NCBI GenBank assembly: GCA_024643425.1
Contig: JAHEMY010000001.1
Span: 9,106 to 73,105, forward strand
Origin: Flavobacteriaceae bacterium
GTDB taxonomy: Bacteria > Bacteroidota > Bacteroidia > Flavobacteriales > Flavobacteriaceae
DNA length: 64,000 nucleotides
Reading direction: 5' to 3'
The notes below the pieces were generated by a model. That model did no database searches, had not been told where the DNA came from, and worked only from the letters and a program-made list of their open reading frames with translations. The stretch's first letter is position 1. Every line of letters begins with the position of its first letter. This document shows, one piece after another, positions 9,044 through 19,629 of this stretch. The position numbers and the translations under genes are program-made.

Positions 9044-9856
9044 ATGGAAAAGATTCTTTTCATTTGTTTTTTGACGATTTCTTGCTCTAGCATGCACAGC
9101 CAAGAAAAGCAATTCTCATTGTACTATGAAAACGATCAATATGAACTAAATGAGAACCACAGGCGATTCATAGACAGTCTTAATCAACTTGACCAAAAAG
9201 ACCTATACGACATACACATCATCGGGTATACGAATAGTGTGGGTGAAAAAGATTATAATTTAGAACTATCACGAAAACGAGCCGAAAATGTCAAGAGCGA
9301 ACTTCGTGCTTTCACCATTATCTCATCGGTCGGACTTGGAGAACTAGACAGTGAATCGGCCAATAACAGACGTGTAGATGTATTTATTCATCGAAAAGAA
9401 GACCATATTCCTGTGGTCGGAGAAATTGTGGAAGCTCCTGTTATCTCTAAGCCCGTACTACCTTCGATTCGAAATTTAAAAAATCCGAAAATTGGTGATA
9501 AAGTCACTTTGCAAGGAATTATGTTTTATCCAGACCAGGATGTTATCATGGATGAAAGTAAAAATACTTTGGAAGAACTTTTGGCTTTTTTAAAATTATA
9601 TCCAACCATTAAATTTAAGCTGATTGGACATATTTGTTGTGGGGATAAGTATAAGCCCTATATCGATTTAAAAAATGTACGTACCGGCAAAAACGATCTC
9701 TCCGAAGCCAGGGCAAAGTCGTTATATAATTACCTACTTAAAAATGGCGTGCAAAAAAGCAGAATGCGCTACTTAGGGATGGCCTATCGGCATCCAACGG
9801 GAGAAGGTGATGAATTTGATCGCAGAGTAGAAATTGAAATTACAAGCCTGAAATAA
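9044..9856 (+). CDS. OmpA-family protein with two OmpA-like peptidoglycan-binding domains
   Basis: Signal peptide. Two OmpA_C-like units (...GYTNSVGEKDYNLELSRKRAENV...NRRVDV and ...LSEARAKSLYNYL...FDRRVEIEI). Confidence 0.7.
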   Translation: MEKILFICFLTISCSSMHSQEKQFSLYYENDQYELNENHRRFIDSLNQLDQKDLYDIHIIGYTNSVGEKDYNLELSRKRAENVKSELRAFTIISSVGLGELDSESANNRRVDVFIHRKEDHIPVVGEIVEAPVISKPVLPSIRNLKNPKIGDKVTLQGIMFYPDQDVIMDESKNTLEELLAFLKLYPTIKFKLIGHICCGDKYKPYIDLKNVRTGKNDLSEARAKSLYNYLLKNGVQKSRMRYLGMAYRHPTGEGDEFDRRVEIEITSLK

Positions 9857-11362
9857 TTATCGTCTTCTCCAGAAAAAGGGAGTAAACAATATTAATACGG
9901 TAAATAGCTCTAAACGACCAATAAGCATCAAGAAACTAGCCCACCATTTTGCCGCAACAGGGAGTCCTCCATAATTTTCAACCGGTCCTAAATCTCCTAA
10001 AGCAGGACCTACATTTCCAAGTGTAGAAGCAGCACCTCCAAGGGAGGTTTGAAAATCCAATCCCATTAAAGAAAATACAAGCACCCCTATTATAAAAGAA
10101 AGCATATACAGTATAAAAAATGCCAAAATATTAAAAACAATAGGCTGCTGTACTGCCTTGTGGTTATAGCGTACCGGTAAAATGGCATTCGGATGTAAGG
10201 TTCGTTTGAATTCTAAAATTCCATTTTTAATCATGATTAAATGCCTCACAATTTTTATCCCCCCAGCCGTGGAACCAGCCGAACCACCCAAAAACATTAA
10301 ACCAAAGAAAAATATGGTGAGAAAAGGCGTCCAAGCAGTAAAATCGGCGGAGACAAACCCGGTCGTCGTTACAACAGCTAAGACCTGAAACAATCCGTGC
10401 CGAAAAGCACTTTCTAAGGGTCCATAAACCATGGGATGATCGATGGTAGACATGCTCGGATCTGCTTTGAAATAGATAAAAAGAGCCGCAACTAAGGTCA
10501 ATCCTACAACAAAATAGAAGTACAATTTGAACTCTTCGTCCCTTAAAATTTTACTGAATTTCGTCTTAAAAGCGAAATAGCTTAAAACAAAATTGGTTCC
10601 CGCTAAGAACATGAATACAATAATTATATATTGAATTAATGGCTGACTATTATAATACGCGACACTAGCATTTTTAGTCGAAAATCCACCTGTACTTAAG
10701 GTGCTTAAAGAATGATTAATGGCGTCAAAAAAGGTCATCCCCGCTGCCCAAAGCAACAAGGTCTCAGCCAATGTATACCCTACATAAATAAGCCATAATC
10801 GCTTGGCTGTATCGGTAATTCGCGGGTGTAATTTATCCCCTGCAGGTCCGGGAGCTTCTGCAGCAAATAACTGCATCCCCCCTATTCCTAATAATGGTAA
10901 AATTGCAATGGCTAAAACAATAATCCCCATCCCTCCAATCCAATGGGTAATGCTTCTCCAAAACAAAACCCCTTTAGGAACGCTTTCAATATCACTTAAT
11001 ATGGAAGCACCCGTAGTGGTATAGCCGCTCATAGTTTCAAAAAAAGCATTGGTGAAGCTGGGGATCGCTCCTGTGAACAAATAAGGCATGGTTCCAGCCA
11101 AGGCCATAATAATCCATCCCAAGGATACAATCATGTATCCTTCTTTTTTCTGAATTTCCTTACGGTGGTGTCTTGAGAAAAACATGATAATCCCACCAAT
11201 TAGAAACGTTAAGGAAGCGGCATAGAACATCGATTGAACAACGCCATCGTCATACATTAAGCTCACAAAAGCAGAAAGAAGCATAAAACCGCCATTCACC
11301 AATAACAACAATCCCATGAGATGGGAAATAATTCGAAAGTTAATGGTTTTGAAGACACTCAT
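9857..11362 (-). CDS. trkH: Trk-type potassium uptake protein TrkH
   Basis: Polytopic membrane protein with repeated pore-loop motifs (TTTGAS, LSTGGFS, TTTGFVS, GSTAGGIK). Start and stop overlap with trkA. Confidence 0.85.
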   Translation of the reverse strand: MSVFKTINFRIISHLMGLLLLVNGGFMLLSAFVSLMYDDGVVQSMFYAASLTFLIGGIIMFFSRHHRKEIQKKEGYMIVSLGWIIMALAGTMPYLFTGAIPSFTNAFFETMSGYTTTGASILSDIESVPKGVLFWRSITHWIGGMGIIVLAIAILPLLGIGGMQLFAAEAPGPAGDKLHPRITDTAKRLWLIYVGYTLAETLLLWAAGMTFFDAINHSLSTLSTGGFSTKNASVAYYNSQPLIQYIIIVFMFLAGTNFVLSYFAFKTKFSKILRDEEFKLYFYFVVGLTLVAALFIYFKADPSMSTIDHPMVYGPLESAFRHGLFQVLAVVTTTGFVSADFTAWTPFLTIFFFGLMFLGGSAGSTAGGIKIVRHLIMIKNGILEFKRTLHPNAILPVRYNHKAVQQPIVFNILAFFILYMLSFIIGVLVFSLMGLDFQTSLGGAASTLGNVGPALGDLGPVENYGGLPVAAKWWASFLMLIGRLELFTVLILFTPFFWRRR

Positions 11363-12711
11363 TAGACAAAAAGTTTTTCAACTTTCTTGATGGACTGAGG
11401 AAGACAACATACTACGATACGATCGCCTTGCTGTATCTGGAAATCTCCAAGGGCAATCATCCCAATACCATTTCTTATCACCCCTCCAATAATGGCCGAT
11501 CGCGGAAAATCAATAGATTTTATTTTTTCGTTACAAACTGCCGAATTTGGTGAAACAATGAATTCTAAAAGCTCAGCATTCATGTTGTTCAAGCGCGTCA
11601 TTGCCACAATTTCTCCTTGACGGATATGACGGAAAATATGATTTGCCGCCAAAAGTTTTTTATTAATTAAGGTATCGATACCTATGGAATGAGACAATTG
11701 AAAATAATCCATGTTTTCAACTAAGGCAATGGTCTTTCTAACCCCTTTTGATTTGGCTACTAAGCAAGACATGATGTTCGTCTCACTATTCCCTGTTACC
11801 GCAATAAAAGCATCCATTTCGGAAATCGATTCTTCTGTTAAAAGCTCAACGTTTCTTCCATCGCCATTAATCACCAAACAATTGGGCACATCATCGGCAA
11901 TCTCAAAGGCCTTTTCTTTGTTATTTTCAATCAACTTTACGTTAAAACGACTTTCACAAAGATCCTTTGCTGTTTTTCGACCGATACTACTCCCCCCAAG
12001 GATCATTACATTTTTAATATCGTCTTTGACTTTTCCGGAAAGTTTAAAAATCTGGTCTACCCCTTTCTCTGTTGTGGTGAAATATACTTGGTCTCCCTCT
12101 TTGAATTGGGTATCTCCTCTGGGAATTAGGGTATATTGAGTTCCATACCGTTGGATAGCGATAGGAACATATTTAAGTTCGGGATATAAGGATCCTACTT
12201 CTTTAACGGTTTTATCAACAAACAAAGCCGTTCTGGATAAATGCAAACCAATCATGGTAAGTGCACCATCCTCAAATTCATAGGTATCGTTAAAAGCACT
12301 TTGGTTGAGAAGTAATTCTATTTCATTGGCCGCTAGGGATTCCGGAGAAATAAGTTCGTCAATTCCAAATTTGGTAAATCCCACTTCGTCTTTATTATCT
12401 AGGAATTCGGTATTTGAAATACGCGCAATTGTTCTCTTCGCTCCTAATTGCTTTGCCAAAACACAAGCAGTAATATTGGTGGTTTCACTTGACGTAACCC
12501 CAATCACCAAGTCGGTTCGATCAACCTGGGAATCCTTTAAAACTGATATCGAAGTGGCATCACCCCGGATTACACGAATATCCAAATGGGTATCGGCATA
12601 GTTCAGGGCATCACGATTGTTGTCTATAAGCGTAATATCTTGAGATTCGAAAGAAAGCAGTTTTGCTAGATGAAATCCCACTTCGCCGGCGCCGGCAATT
12701 ATAATTTTCAT
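11362..12711 (-). CDS. trkA: Trk system NAD-binding protein TrkA
   Basis: Two Rossmann units (MKIIIAGAGEVG..., VMILGGSSIGR...). Start placed at the internal Met of the 465-aa ORF (MKIIIAG). Confidence 0.85.
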   Translation of the reverse strand: MKIIIAGAGEVGFHLAKLLSFESQDITLIDNNRDALNYADTHLDIRVIRGDATSISVLKDSQVDRTDLVIGVTSSETTNITACVLAKQLGAKRTIARISNTEFLDNKDEVGFTKFGIDELISPESLAANEIELLLNQSAFNDTYEFEDGALTMIGLHLSRTALFVDKTVKEVGSLYPELKYVPIAIQRYGTQYTLIPRGDTQFKEGDQVYFTTTEKGVDQIFKLSGKVKDDIKNVMILGGSSIGRKTAKDLCESRFNVKLIENNKEKAFEIADDVPNCLVINGDGRNVELLTEESISEMDAFIAVTGNSETNIMSCLVAKSKGVRKTIALVENMDYFQLSHSIGIDTLINKKLLAANHIFRHIRQGEIVAMTRLNNMNAELLEFIVSPNSAVCNEKIKSIDFPRSAIIGGVIRNGIGMIALGDFQIQQGDRIVVCCLPQSIKKVEKLFV

Positions 12712-12822
12712 ACGTGTAAGTAAGAACTTTGAGGGACAAAAGTACAAAAATTGAATCATTTGGTATTATTTTACCCTACACATTCTTCTTCGCTCTAAGG
12801 CTGCTATTCTCCTAAAAAATAG

Positions 12823-12830
12823 TAATTTTG
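12823..12830 (+). promoter_or_regulatory. Bacteroidota-type -7 promoter box (TAnnTTTG)
   Basis: TAATTTTG ends 11 nt upstream of the ubiE ATG. Confidence 0.45.
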
Positions 12831-12841
12831 CATCCGCATTT

Positions 12842-13573
12842 ATGGAAAAGAAAATAACACCTTACAAGGATTCTAATCTGAATAAAAAGGAACAGGTTGA
12901 ACAAATGTTCGATACCATTTCCGGTAATTATGATGGTTTAAATCGAGTAATCTCTTTGGGCACCGATATTCAGTGGCGAAAAAAAGTAGTGCGAATGGTT
13001 CAAGACAAGAATCCTTCGGCCGTACTTGATATTGCTACTGGCACCGGTGATCTTGCGATACAATTTGCTGAAACCCTACAAGGAGCTAAAATTGTAGGGC
13101 TCGATCTTTCCGAAGGGATGCTATCGGTTGCACGAAAAAAAATCGCTAAAGAGAACTACTCATGCGAATTGAGTTTCATCAAAGGGGATAGTGAAGCACT
13201 TCCGTTTGAAGACAATAGTTTTGAAGCCATTACCGTTTCTTTCGGAATAAGAAATTTTGAAACCCTCGAATTAGGGTTATCCGAAATTTACCGTGTCTTA
13301 AGCCCGGGAGGTATTTTCATTATTTTGGAAACCTCGGTTCCAACTAGGTTTCCTTGGAAACAAGGATATCACCTCTACAGTAAAGGAATTTTACCTATTA
13401 TTGGAAAAATTTTCTCAAAAGACAAGGTGGCATATCGCTATTTAAGTGAAAGTGCTTCTGTTTTTCCATTTGGAGAAAAGCTTAACAATATTTTACGTAA
13501 AATTGGGTTTATAGAAGTGGAAAATAAACCACAAACTCTGGGAGTAGCAACTATTTATAGGGCCACGAAATAA
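12842..13573 (+). CDS. ubiE: Demethylmenaquinone / ubiquinone C-methyltransferase UbiE/MenG
   Basis: MFDTISGNYDGLNRVISLG...WRK and the SAM motif LDIATGTGDLA; ...SFGIRNF... Confidence 0.85.
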   Translation: MEKKITPYKDSNLNKKEQVEQMFDTISGNYDGLNRVISLGTDIQWRKKVVRMVQDKNPSAVLDIATGTGDLAIQFAETLQGAKIVGLDLSEGMLSVARKKIAKENYSCELSFIKGDSEALPFEDNSFEAITVSFGIRNFETLELGLSEIYRVLSPGGIFIILETSVPTRFPWKQGYHLYSKGILPIIGKIFSKDKVAYRYLSESASVFPFGEKLNNILRKIGFIEVENKPQTLGVATIYRATK

Positions 13574-13575
13574 TT

Positions 13576-14283
13576 ATGAAGCACGTTTTAGTAGTATTTG
13601 CGTTTCTAATGATGAGTAATTCGGTATTTGGCCAATTATTCAGTAAAGAACGTTTAGCCAATTTAGAAACCTTCGATAATAGACTCCTCTCCTGGGGCTA
13701 TTTTTTAGGTTTTAATCAATACGACTTTAAATTCGACTACAACAACCAAATTTCAGACAGAGAAACCGATATTCTAGTAGAAACTCAGACAGGCTTCAAT
13801 GTTGGACTTATTGGTGATTTACGAATCAATCAATACATCAATTTACGATTAGAGCCGGGTATTTACTTTACCCAACGTAATTTGATGTTTCCCGGATTTG
13901 AAGAAGAACGTGATTTTCTTCGAGAGGTGAAGTCTACTTACATCCATGTTCCGTTATTGCTCAAATTTTCAACGAAGCGCATCAATAATATTAAACCTTT
14001 TGTGGTTGTGGGGATATCTCGCTCCCTTAATTTGGGTAGCAACGAAAACAATCCTGAAGACAACAGCATTGGGCAATTTCGCATGTCTCAAGGCACCGGC
14101 TATTACGAAGTTGGGTTTGGAATTGACCTCTACCTTTTCTATTTCAAATTCTCTCCTTCTATTCGAGGTGTTTTTGCAACGAGTGATGAATTAGTTCGAG
14201 ATGACGACCCTAATAGCCCTTGGACTTCAAATGTGGCATCGATGAAAACTCGGGGTGTTTTTATCAACTTTACCTTTCAATAG
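13576..14283 (+). CDS. PorT-like outer-membrane beta-barrel protein
   Basis: Signal peptide, alternating-strand pattern, C-terminal ...GVFINFTFQ. The family call rests on resemblance only. Confidence 0.5.
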   Translation: MKHVLVVFAFLMMSNSVFGQLFSKERLANLETFDNRLLSWGYFLGFNQYDFKFDYNNQISDRETDILVETQTGFNVGLIGDLRINQYINLRLEPGIYFTQRNLMFPGFEEERDFLREVKSTYIHVPLLLKFSTKRINNIKPFVVVGISRSLNLGSNENNPEDNSIGQFRMSQGTGYYEVGFGIDLYLFYFKFSPSIRGVFATSDELVRDDDPNSPWTSNVASMKTRGVFINFTFQ

Positions 14284-14998
14284 AGCGGCGGAATTCATTT
14301 AAAAGAATCCCTGTAGCCGTTGCGACATTGAGACTTTCAGCCCCTTCGCTCTTTCTGAAATTAGGTATGGTAATTCGATGATTCAATTTTGTAAGAATTG
14401 ACTCCGAAATCCCATTTGCTTCACTTCCCATCACTAAAACAGCGGCTTCTGGCAGACTTGTTTTATACACATTATCGCCTTCTAAAACAGCGCCGAAAAT
14501 TGGAAGTTTTGTTGTCGTTAGAAATTCTACTATGCTGGTATAATGAATAGTTACACGGGCAATTGAACCCATTGTAGATTGCACCACTTTTGGATTAAAG
14601 CTATCGACAGTATCTTCGGAACAGACCAAATGCTTTACACCAAACCAATCACAAAGTCGAATGATGGTCCCAAGGTTTCCAGGATCTCTCACTGTGTCCA
14701 AAACTACAATCAGATCGTCGTCGGGAATAGTTTCTTCATCTGGAATTTGAAAGACGGCCAACCAACCGTTGGTGTTTTTCAACGCACTCATTTTTTGAAG
14801 TTCCTTTTCCGACAGATATTCCGGTGAAGGCAAGCCGGGCAAGGTTCCTTCCTGAGCAAAGAAATATTTCAATTTAAGGTTTGAATGAAACAAGTCGGCA
14901 ATTAATTTTGCCCCTTCTGCAACAAATAGTCCGTGTTTAATTCGGTACTTTTTTTGATGCAGACTCGTTATTAATTTTATTTCGTTATTGCTTGTCAA
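14270..14998 (-). CDS. TrmH/SpoU-family RNA 2'-O-methyltransferase
   Basis: SpoU motifs (VVLDTVRDPGNLGTIIR, LVMGSEANGIS, IPNFRKSEGAESLNVATATGILL). Start placed at TTG 14998 (LTSNNEIKLITSLHQKKYR). The ATG at 15157 would add 53 atypical residues. Confidence 0.7.
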   Translation of the reverse strand: MTSNNEIKLITSLHQKKYRIKHGLFVAEGAKLIADLFHSNLKLKYFFAQEGTLPGLPSPEYLSEKELQKMSALKNTNGWLAVFQIPDEETIPDDDLIVVLDTVRDPGNLGTIIRLCDWFGVKHLVCSEDTVDSFNPKVVQSTMGSIARVTIHYTSIVEFLTTTKLPIFGAVLEGDNVYKTSLPEAAVLVMGSEANGISESILTKLNHRITIPNFRKSEGAESLNVATATGILLNEFRRSIER

Positions 14999-17591
14999 AA
15001 TTATTCTATTTTTGAATGAGAGAAATCTAAATTCATTGACTCCAACCCTCACAAAAATATCATTATTTTTAGGAATTGCACTGCTTCTGGCATCGTGTAA
15101 TGCCGTACAGCATTTGAACGACCCGGAAATGTTGTTAATAAACAATAAGGTAGTCATTGACGGAGAAGAAAGTAAAAATGATGAAGCTTACAGTTTAATT
15201 TCGCAGAAGCCGAACCAACGCATTCCCATTATCAACCTACCTTTCAGCCTTCATGTCTACAACCTCGCTGAACCTAAACCCGATTCTACCTTTCAAGCAT
15301 GGCTTACTAGAAAACCAAAGCGAGAACAACGTCTAGAGAATCTACTTTCCAGAAAACAAGTGGTTGCTTTAGACACCAGCAAGGTAAAATTTAATCAATG
15401 GCTTCAGAAAATAGGTGAGGCACCTGTTGTTATTGATGAAAAGAAATCCGAAAAATCTCTAAAACAAATCCAAAAGTATTTCTATAACAAAGGGTGGTTC
15501 AATGTAAGTGGAAAATATGAAATTCAGCGGGATAGTATCAAAGAGAAAAGAGGAAGTGTAACCTATTATATCAATAGGAAAAAACCTTATAACATCGATT
15601 CCATTTCAGAAAAAATTAGTTCGCCCATCGTGGATTCTCTTTTTCAGCTTAGAAAGAAACGAACTTTTATACGTCCGGGGGAGCAATATGATGTGGCCAA
15701 CTTTGATAATGAAAGGTCTAGAATTACTTTACAAATGCGAAATTCCGGATTGTACTACTTCGATCAAGATTATGTGACTTTTGAAGCCGACACAAACAAA
15801 TTGGGGCAGAAAGTTAACGTAGAATACATTATTCCAGATCGAAGAATTACCGTTGGTGACAGTATTTCCTCCACAGAGCCCTTTAAGATTTATAAAATTA
15901 CTGATGTACGCATAATTACCGATTACAATTTCGAAAATCGAAACAAAGCTTTTACCGATTCAGTTAATTATAAAGGTTATGAATTATTTGGCTATGAAAA
16001 ATTAAAATACAGACCAAAGGCACTTACAGATGCCGTTTCAATTAGCCCGGGAAACATCTTTAAAGATATCGACCGCACCCTCACCTATAATCAAATTAGC
16101 GAATTGCGAAATTTCAGATATCCTACCATTAATTACCAAGAAGACCCAAGGGATAGCACAGGAACAGGGCTTATTTCAACTATTATTCTAACCCCTAGAA
16201 AGAAATATAATTTATCAATCGACTTTGATGCATATACCTCTACCATCCAACAGTTTGGAATAGGTTTTAGTAGTACTTTTTTAATTAGAAATGTATTTAG
16301 GGGTGCCGAGAATTTAGAAATTTCAGGAAGTGGTAGTGTGGGTTCCACTAAGGACAACGGAGATCCAAATAGCCGGTTTTTTAACTCCTCAGACGTTGGG
16401 TTCAATTTAGGCCTATCTTTTCCTAGCATCCTATTCCCTGTTAATACAACCAAGTTTATTCCGAAGTATATGTCGCCACTAACAACGATTAGTACGGGGA
16501 TTAACGCTCAAAAAAATATTGGTTTGGACCGCCAAAGTACGAACGGGGTATTTAGTTACCGATGGAAACCATCAAACATCCGAACCAATCAATTCGACTT
16601 GGTTAATTTACAGTATGTTCGAAATTTGAATCCTGAAAATTATTTCAATGTTTACAAAACCTCTTACGACCTACTCAATGATCTTGCCGAGGAAGTAGGT
16701 TACGAGTTCCAAAATGATGATAACCAACTTGAAATCCCGGATGAAATCAATTTATTTTATTTGGAATATTTGACATCTACAGAATTAAACAGAACACCTG
16801 AAACCGATGAACAATTTCTTCGTGTTGTTCAACGGCAAAGCAGACTTACCGACAACAACCTCATTTTTGCCAGTAATTTTACTTGGATTCGGGACAGCCG
16901 TCAGAATATCTATGACAATAGTTTTTCTCGTGTTAGCCTCAAGGTGGAACTGGCAGGAAACTTTCTATCCGCCATTTCATCATTGGCAAATCTCAAGGAA
17001 AATGTAATAGGTCAATCTGAATTATTTGGAGTCGCCTATTCCCAATACGCAAAATTCGAAACCAACTATATTCGACATTGGACTTTCGACGATGGAACTA
17101 TTTTTGCCTTCAGGGGGTTTGGTGGTATTGCTATCCCTTATGGAAACAGCACCAGCATCCCATTTACCAGAAGTTACTTCGCCGGAGGTGCAAACGACAA
17201 CCGAGGTTGGCGTGCTTACGATCTAGGTCCGGGGAGCAGTGGCGGTCTGCTCGATTTTAATGAAGCTAACTTTAAATTAGCCTTTAATGGAGAATACCGA
17301 TTTCCAATATTAGGGAGTTTCAAAGGAGCGTTCTTTGCAGACGCAGGAAACATTTGGAATATTTTCGACGATTTTGACGTTCCTGAATTTCAATTTGAAG
17401 GATTAAAAGACTTAAAAGAGATTGCTTTAGCCACCGGTGTAGGACTCCGTTATGATTTTGGTTTCTTCGTAATTCGTTTTGATACTGGCTTCAAAACCCA
17501 TGACCCCGGCCTACCCGAAGGCGAGCGTTGGTTTAAACAGTATAATTTTTCAAACGCTGTTTATAACATAGGAATCAACTATCCCTTTTAA
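14988..17591 (+). CDS. BamA/TamA-family outer-membrane protein with lipoprotein signal (TamL-like)
   Basis: Lipobox ...GIALLLASCN; C-terminal Omp85 barrel (...FFADAGNIW..., ends NIGINYPF). No in-frame ATG, so the real start is probably TTG at 14988, 15012 or 15036. Confidence 0.7.
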   Translation: MLVKIILFLNERNLNSLTPTLTKISLFLGIALLLASCNAVQHLNDPEMLLINNKVVIDGEESKNDEAYSLISQKPNQRIPIINLPFSLHVYNLAEPKPDSTFQAWLTRKPKREQRLENLLSRKQVVALDTSKVKFNQWLQKIGEAPVVIDEKKSEKSLKQIQKYFYNKGWFNVSGKYEIQRDSIKEKRGSVTYYINRKKPYNIDSISEKISSPIVDSLFQLRKKRTFIRPGEQYDVANFDNERSRITLQMRNSGLYYFDQDYVTFEADTNKLGQKVNVEYIIPDRRITVGDSISSTEPFKIYKITDVRIITDYNFENRNKAFTDSVNYKGYELFGYEKLKYRPKALTDAVSISPGNIFKDIDRTLTYNQISELRNFRYPTINYQEDPRDSTGTGLISTIILTPRKKYNLSIDFDAYTSTIQQFGIGFSSTFLIRNVFRGAENLEISGSGSVGSTKDNGDPNSRFFNSSDVGFNLGLSFPSILFPVNTTKFIPKYMSPLTTISTGINAQKNIGLDRQSTNGVFSYRWKPSNIRTNQFDLVNLQYVRNLNPENYFNVYKTSYDLLNDLAEEVGYEFQNDDNQLEIPDEINLFYLEYLTSTELNRTPETDEQFLRVVQRQSRLTDNNLIFASNFTWIRDSRQNIYDNSFSRVSLKVELAGNFLSAISSLANLKENVIGQSELFGVAYSQYAKFETNYIRHWTFDDGTIFAFRGFGGIAIPYGNSTSIPFTRSYFAGGANDNRGWRAYDLGPGSSGGLLDFNEANFKLAFNGEYRFPILGSFKGAFFADAGNIWNIFDDFDVPEFQFEGLKDLKEIALATGVGLRYDFGFFVIRFDTGFKTHDPGLPEGERWFKQYNFSNAVYNIGINYPF

Positions 17592-17604
17592 CCACATTTT
17601 TTTT

Positions 17605-17612
17605 TACTTTTG
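17605..17612 (+). promoter_or_regulatory. Bacteroidota-type -7 promoter box (TAnnTTTG)
   Basis: TACTTTTG lies 20 nt upstream of the fbaA ATG. Confidence 0.45.
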
Positions 17613-17631
17613 TAAGCTAAACAACTATCGC

Positions 17632-18699
17632 ATGAGTCATTCCATCCAACCGGGAGTTGCTACCGGAAAAGACGTTCAACAAATATTTAAACTGGCCAAG
17701 GAAAAGCAATTTGCTATGCCTGCGGTGAATGTGGTTGGATCAAATACCATTAATACCGTTCTTGAAACGGCAAAAGAACTAAATGCCCCTGTTATTATTC
17801 AGTTTTCAAATGGTGGTGCACAATTCAATGCCGGCAAAGGACTGTCCAACGATCAGCAAAAAGCTGCCATTGCGGGAGGAATTGCGGGCGCCAGACATAT
17901 ACATGAATTGGCTAAAGCCTATGGAAGTACTGTAATTTTGCATACAGACCATTGCGCTAAGAATTTATTACCATGGATTGACGGCTTGCTTGATGCGAGT
18001 GAGGACCATTTTAAAAGAGCCGGTAGTTCTCTATACAGTTCTCATATGATTGATCTTTCTGAAGAACCTATTGAAGAGAATATTGAAATTTGTAAGCGTT
18101 ATTTGGAACGCATGAGCAAAATGAACATGACGCTGGAAATCGAATTGGGGATTACAGGAGGAGAAGAAGATGGTGTTGACAATAGCGATGTTGATAGTTC
18201 GAAATTGTACACCCAGCCAGAAGAAGTGGCTTATGCTTATGAAGAATTGATGAAGGTGAGCAATCAATTCACTGTCGCTGCAGCTTTTGGAAATGTACAC
18301 GGAGTATATAAGCCTGGTAATGTGAAACTTACACCAAAAATTTTGCGCAATTCCCAAGATTTTGTTCAGAAGAAATTCAACACAGGATTAAATCCAGTTG
18401 ATTTTGTCTTTCATGGAGGTAGCGGATCTACCCTCGATGAGATAAGAGAAGCCATTGGTTATGGCGTAGTAAAAATGAATATCGACACCGATTTACAATT
18501 TGCTTTTACAGAAGGAATTCGAGATTATATGGTGAATAACATCGATTACTTAAGAACCCAAATTGGTAATCCCGATGGCAGTGATGTTCCAAATAAAAAA
18601 TATTACGACCCCAGAAAGTGGTTACGCGAAGGAGAAGTTACCTTCAAAAAACGATTAATTCAAGCTTTTGAAGACTTGAATAATGTAAATACACTATAA
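17632..18699 (+). CDS. fbaA: Class II fructose-bisphosphate aldolase
   Basis: FAMPAVNVV..., LHTDHC, FGNVHGVYKPGNVKL, FVFHGGSGS. Confidence 0.9.
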   Translation: MSHSIQPGVATGKDVQQIFKLAKEKQFAMPAVNVVGSNTINTVLETAKELNAPVIIQFSNGGAQFNAGKGLSNDQQKAAIAGGIAGARHIHELAKAYGSTVILHTDHCAKNLLPWIDGLLDASEDHFKRAGSSLYSSHMIDLSEEPIEENIEICKRYLERMSKMNMTLEIELGITGGEEDGVDNSDVDSSKLYTQPEEVAYAYEELMKVSNQFTVAAAFGNVHGVYKPGNVKLTPKILRNSQDFVQKKFNTGLNPVDFVFHGGSGSTLDEIREAIGYGVVKMNIDTDLQFAFTEGIRDYMVNNIDYLRTQIGNPDGSDVPNKKYYDPRKWLREGEVTFKKRLIQAFEDLNNVNTL

Positions 18700-18720
18700 A
18701 AACAAGACAAACTCCTCTAT

Positions 18721-19590
18721 ATGGCTTGGTTTAAACGGACAAAAAAAGGGATTCAAACTCCTACGGAAGATAAAAAGGATGTTCCAAAAGGGCTATGGTA
18801 TAAATCCCCAACGGGCAAAATAGTTGATGCCGATGAGCTTGAAAAAAACTTCTATGTGAGCCCGGAAGATGGGTATCACGTACGAATTGGAAGTAAAGAA
18901 TATTTTGAAATTCTTTTTGACGATGGAAAATTCAAAGAATTGGATAAAACTTTAGCGTCGAAAGACACTTTAAAGTTTGAGGACACTAAAAAATACCCCG
19001 ATCGATTAAAAGATGCGCAAGACAAAACCGGCCTTGTGGATGCCGTGAGAACTGCGGTTGGAAAATCGATGGGCGAGAATTTAGTGATCGCTTGTATGGA
19101 TTTTAGTTTTATTGGAGGTTCCATGGGAAGTGTCGTAGGTGAAAAGATTGCGCGTGCTGCAGATTATTCTTTAAAGCACAAGATACCCTTTATGATTATT
19201 TCGAAAAGTGGAGGAGCACGAATGATGGAAGCGGCGCTATCCCTGATGCAATTAGCGAAAACCAGCGCTAAATTAGCACAGCTATCAAAAGCACAAATAC
19301 CTTACATCTCCTTGTGTACAGACCCCACAACCGGTGGTACCACCGCATCTTTTGCGATGTTGGGGGACATCAATATTAGTGAGCCAGGAGCTTTGATTGG
19401 ATTTGCAGGTCCTCGGGTTGTACGCGATACCACAGGTAAAGAATTACCTGAAGGTTTTCAAACAGCAGAATTTTTATTGGAACATGGCTTTTTAGATTTT
19501 ATTAGTCATCGTAAAGATCTAAAACGAAAAATTAATCTATACCTTGATTTGATTTTGAATCGACCACTAAGGGAGAAAAATTTAGCATAA
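18721..19590 (+). CDS. accD: Acetyl-CoA carboxylase carboxyltransferase beta subunit
   Basis: MAWFKR...; [18 protein letters not shown]; [19 protein letters not shown]. Confidence 0.9.
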   Translation: MAWFKRTKKGIQTPTEDKKDVPKGLWYKSPTGKIVDADELEKNFYVSPEDGYHVRIGSKEYFEILFDDGKFKELDKTLASKDTLKFEDTKKYPDRLKDAQDKTGLVDAVRTAVGKSMGENLVIACMDFSFIGGSMGSVVGEKIARAADYSLKHKIPFMIISKSGGARMMEAALSLMQLAKTSAKLAQLSKAQIPYISLCTDPTTGGTTASFAMLGDINISEPGALIGFAGPRVVRDTTGKELPEGFQTAEFLLEHGFLDFISHRKDLKRKINLYLDLILNRPLREKNLA

Positions 19591-19617
19591 AAAAAACCGC
19601 CAGAAGGCGGTTTTTTT
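19591..19617. terminator. Bidirectional rho-independent terminator
   Basis: A-run, stem accgcc/ggcggt with loop agaa, then T-run. It lies between convergent genes. Confidence 0.8.
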
Positions 19618-19629
19618 CTTTTCTACTAT

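Noticed and set aside
9854-9859. Convergent genes abutting exactly as TAATTA (also at 57701-57706), and as overlapping TTAA at 28975-28978, which might suggest a shared palindromic signal
   Set aside because: A TAA stop on each strand produces these palindromes automatically. No hairpin or further conserved sequence is visible, so I treat it as genome compaction rather than a regulatory element.
11711-12601. Plus-strand ORFs of 142 aa and 98 aa inside trkA
   Set aside because: They are antisense to a confidently identified gene and have Ser/Leu-rich, non-protein-like translations.
14999-15157. N-terminal 53-residue extension of the TrmH-family ORF from the only ATG
   Set aside because: The extension has no family resemblance and overlaps the divergent TamL-like gene by 170 nt. 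The family-typical N-terminus starts at TTG 14998.
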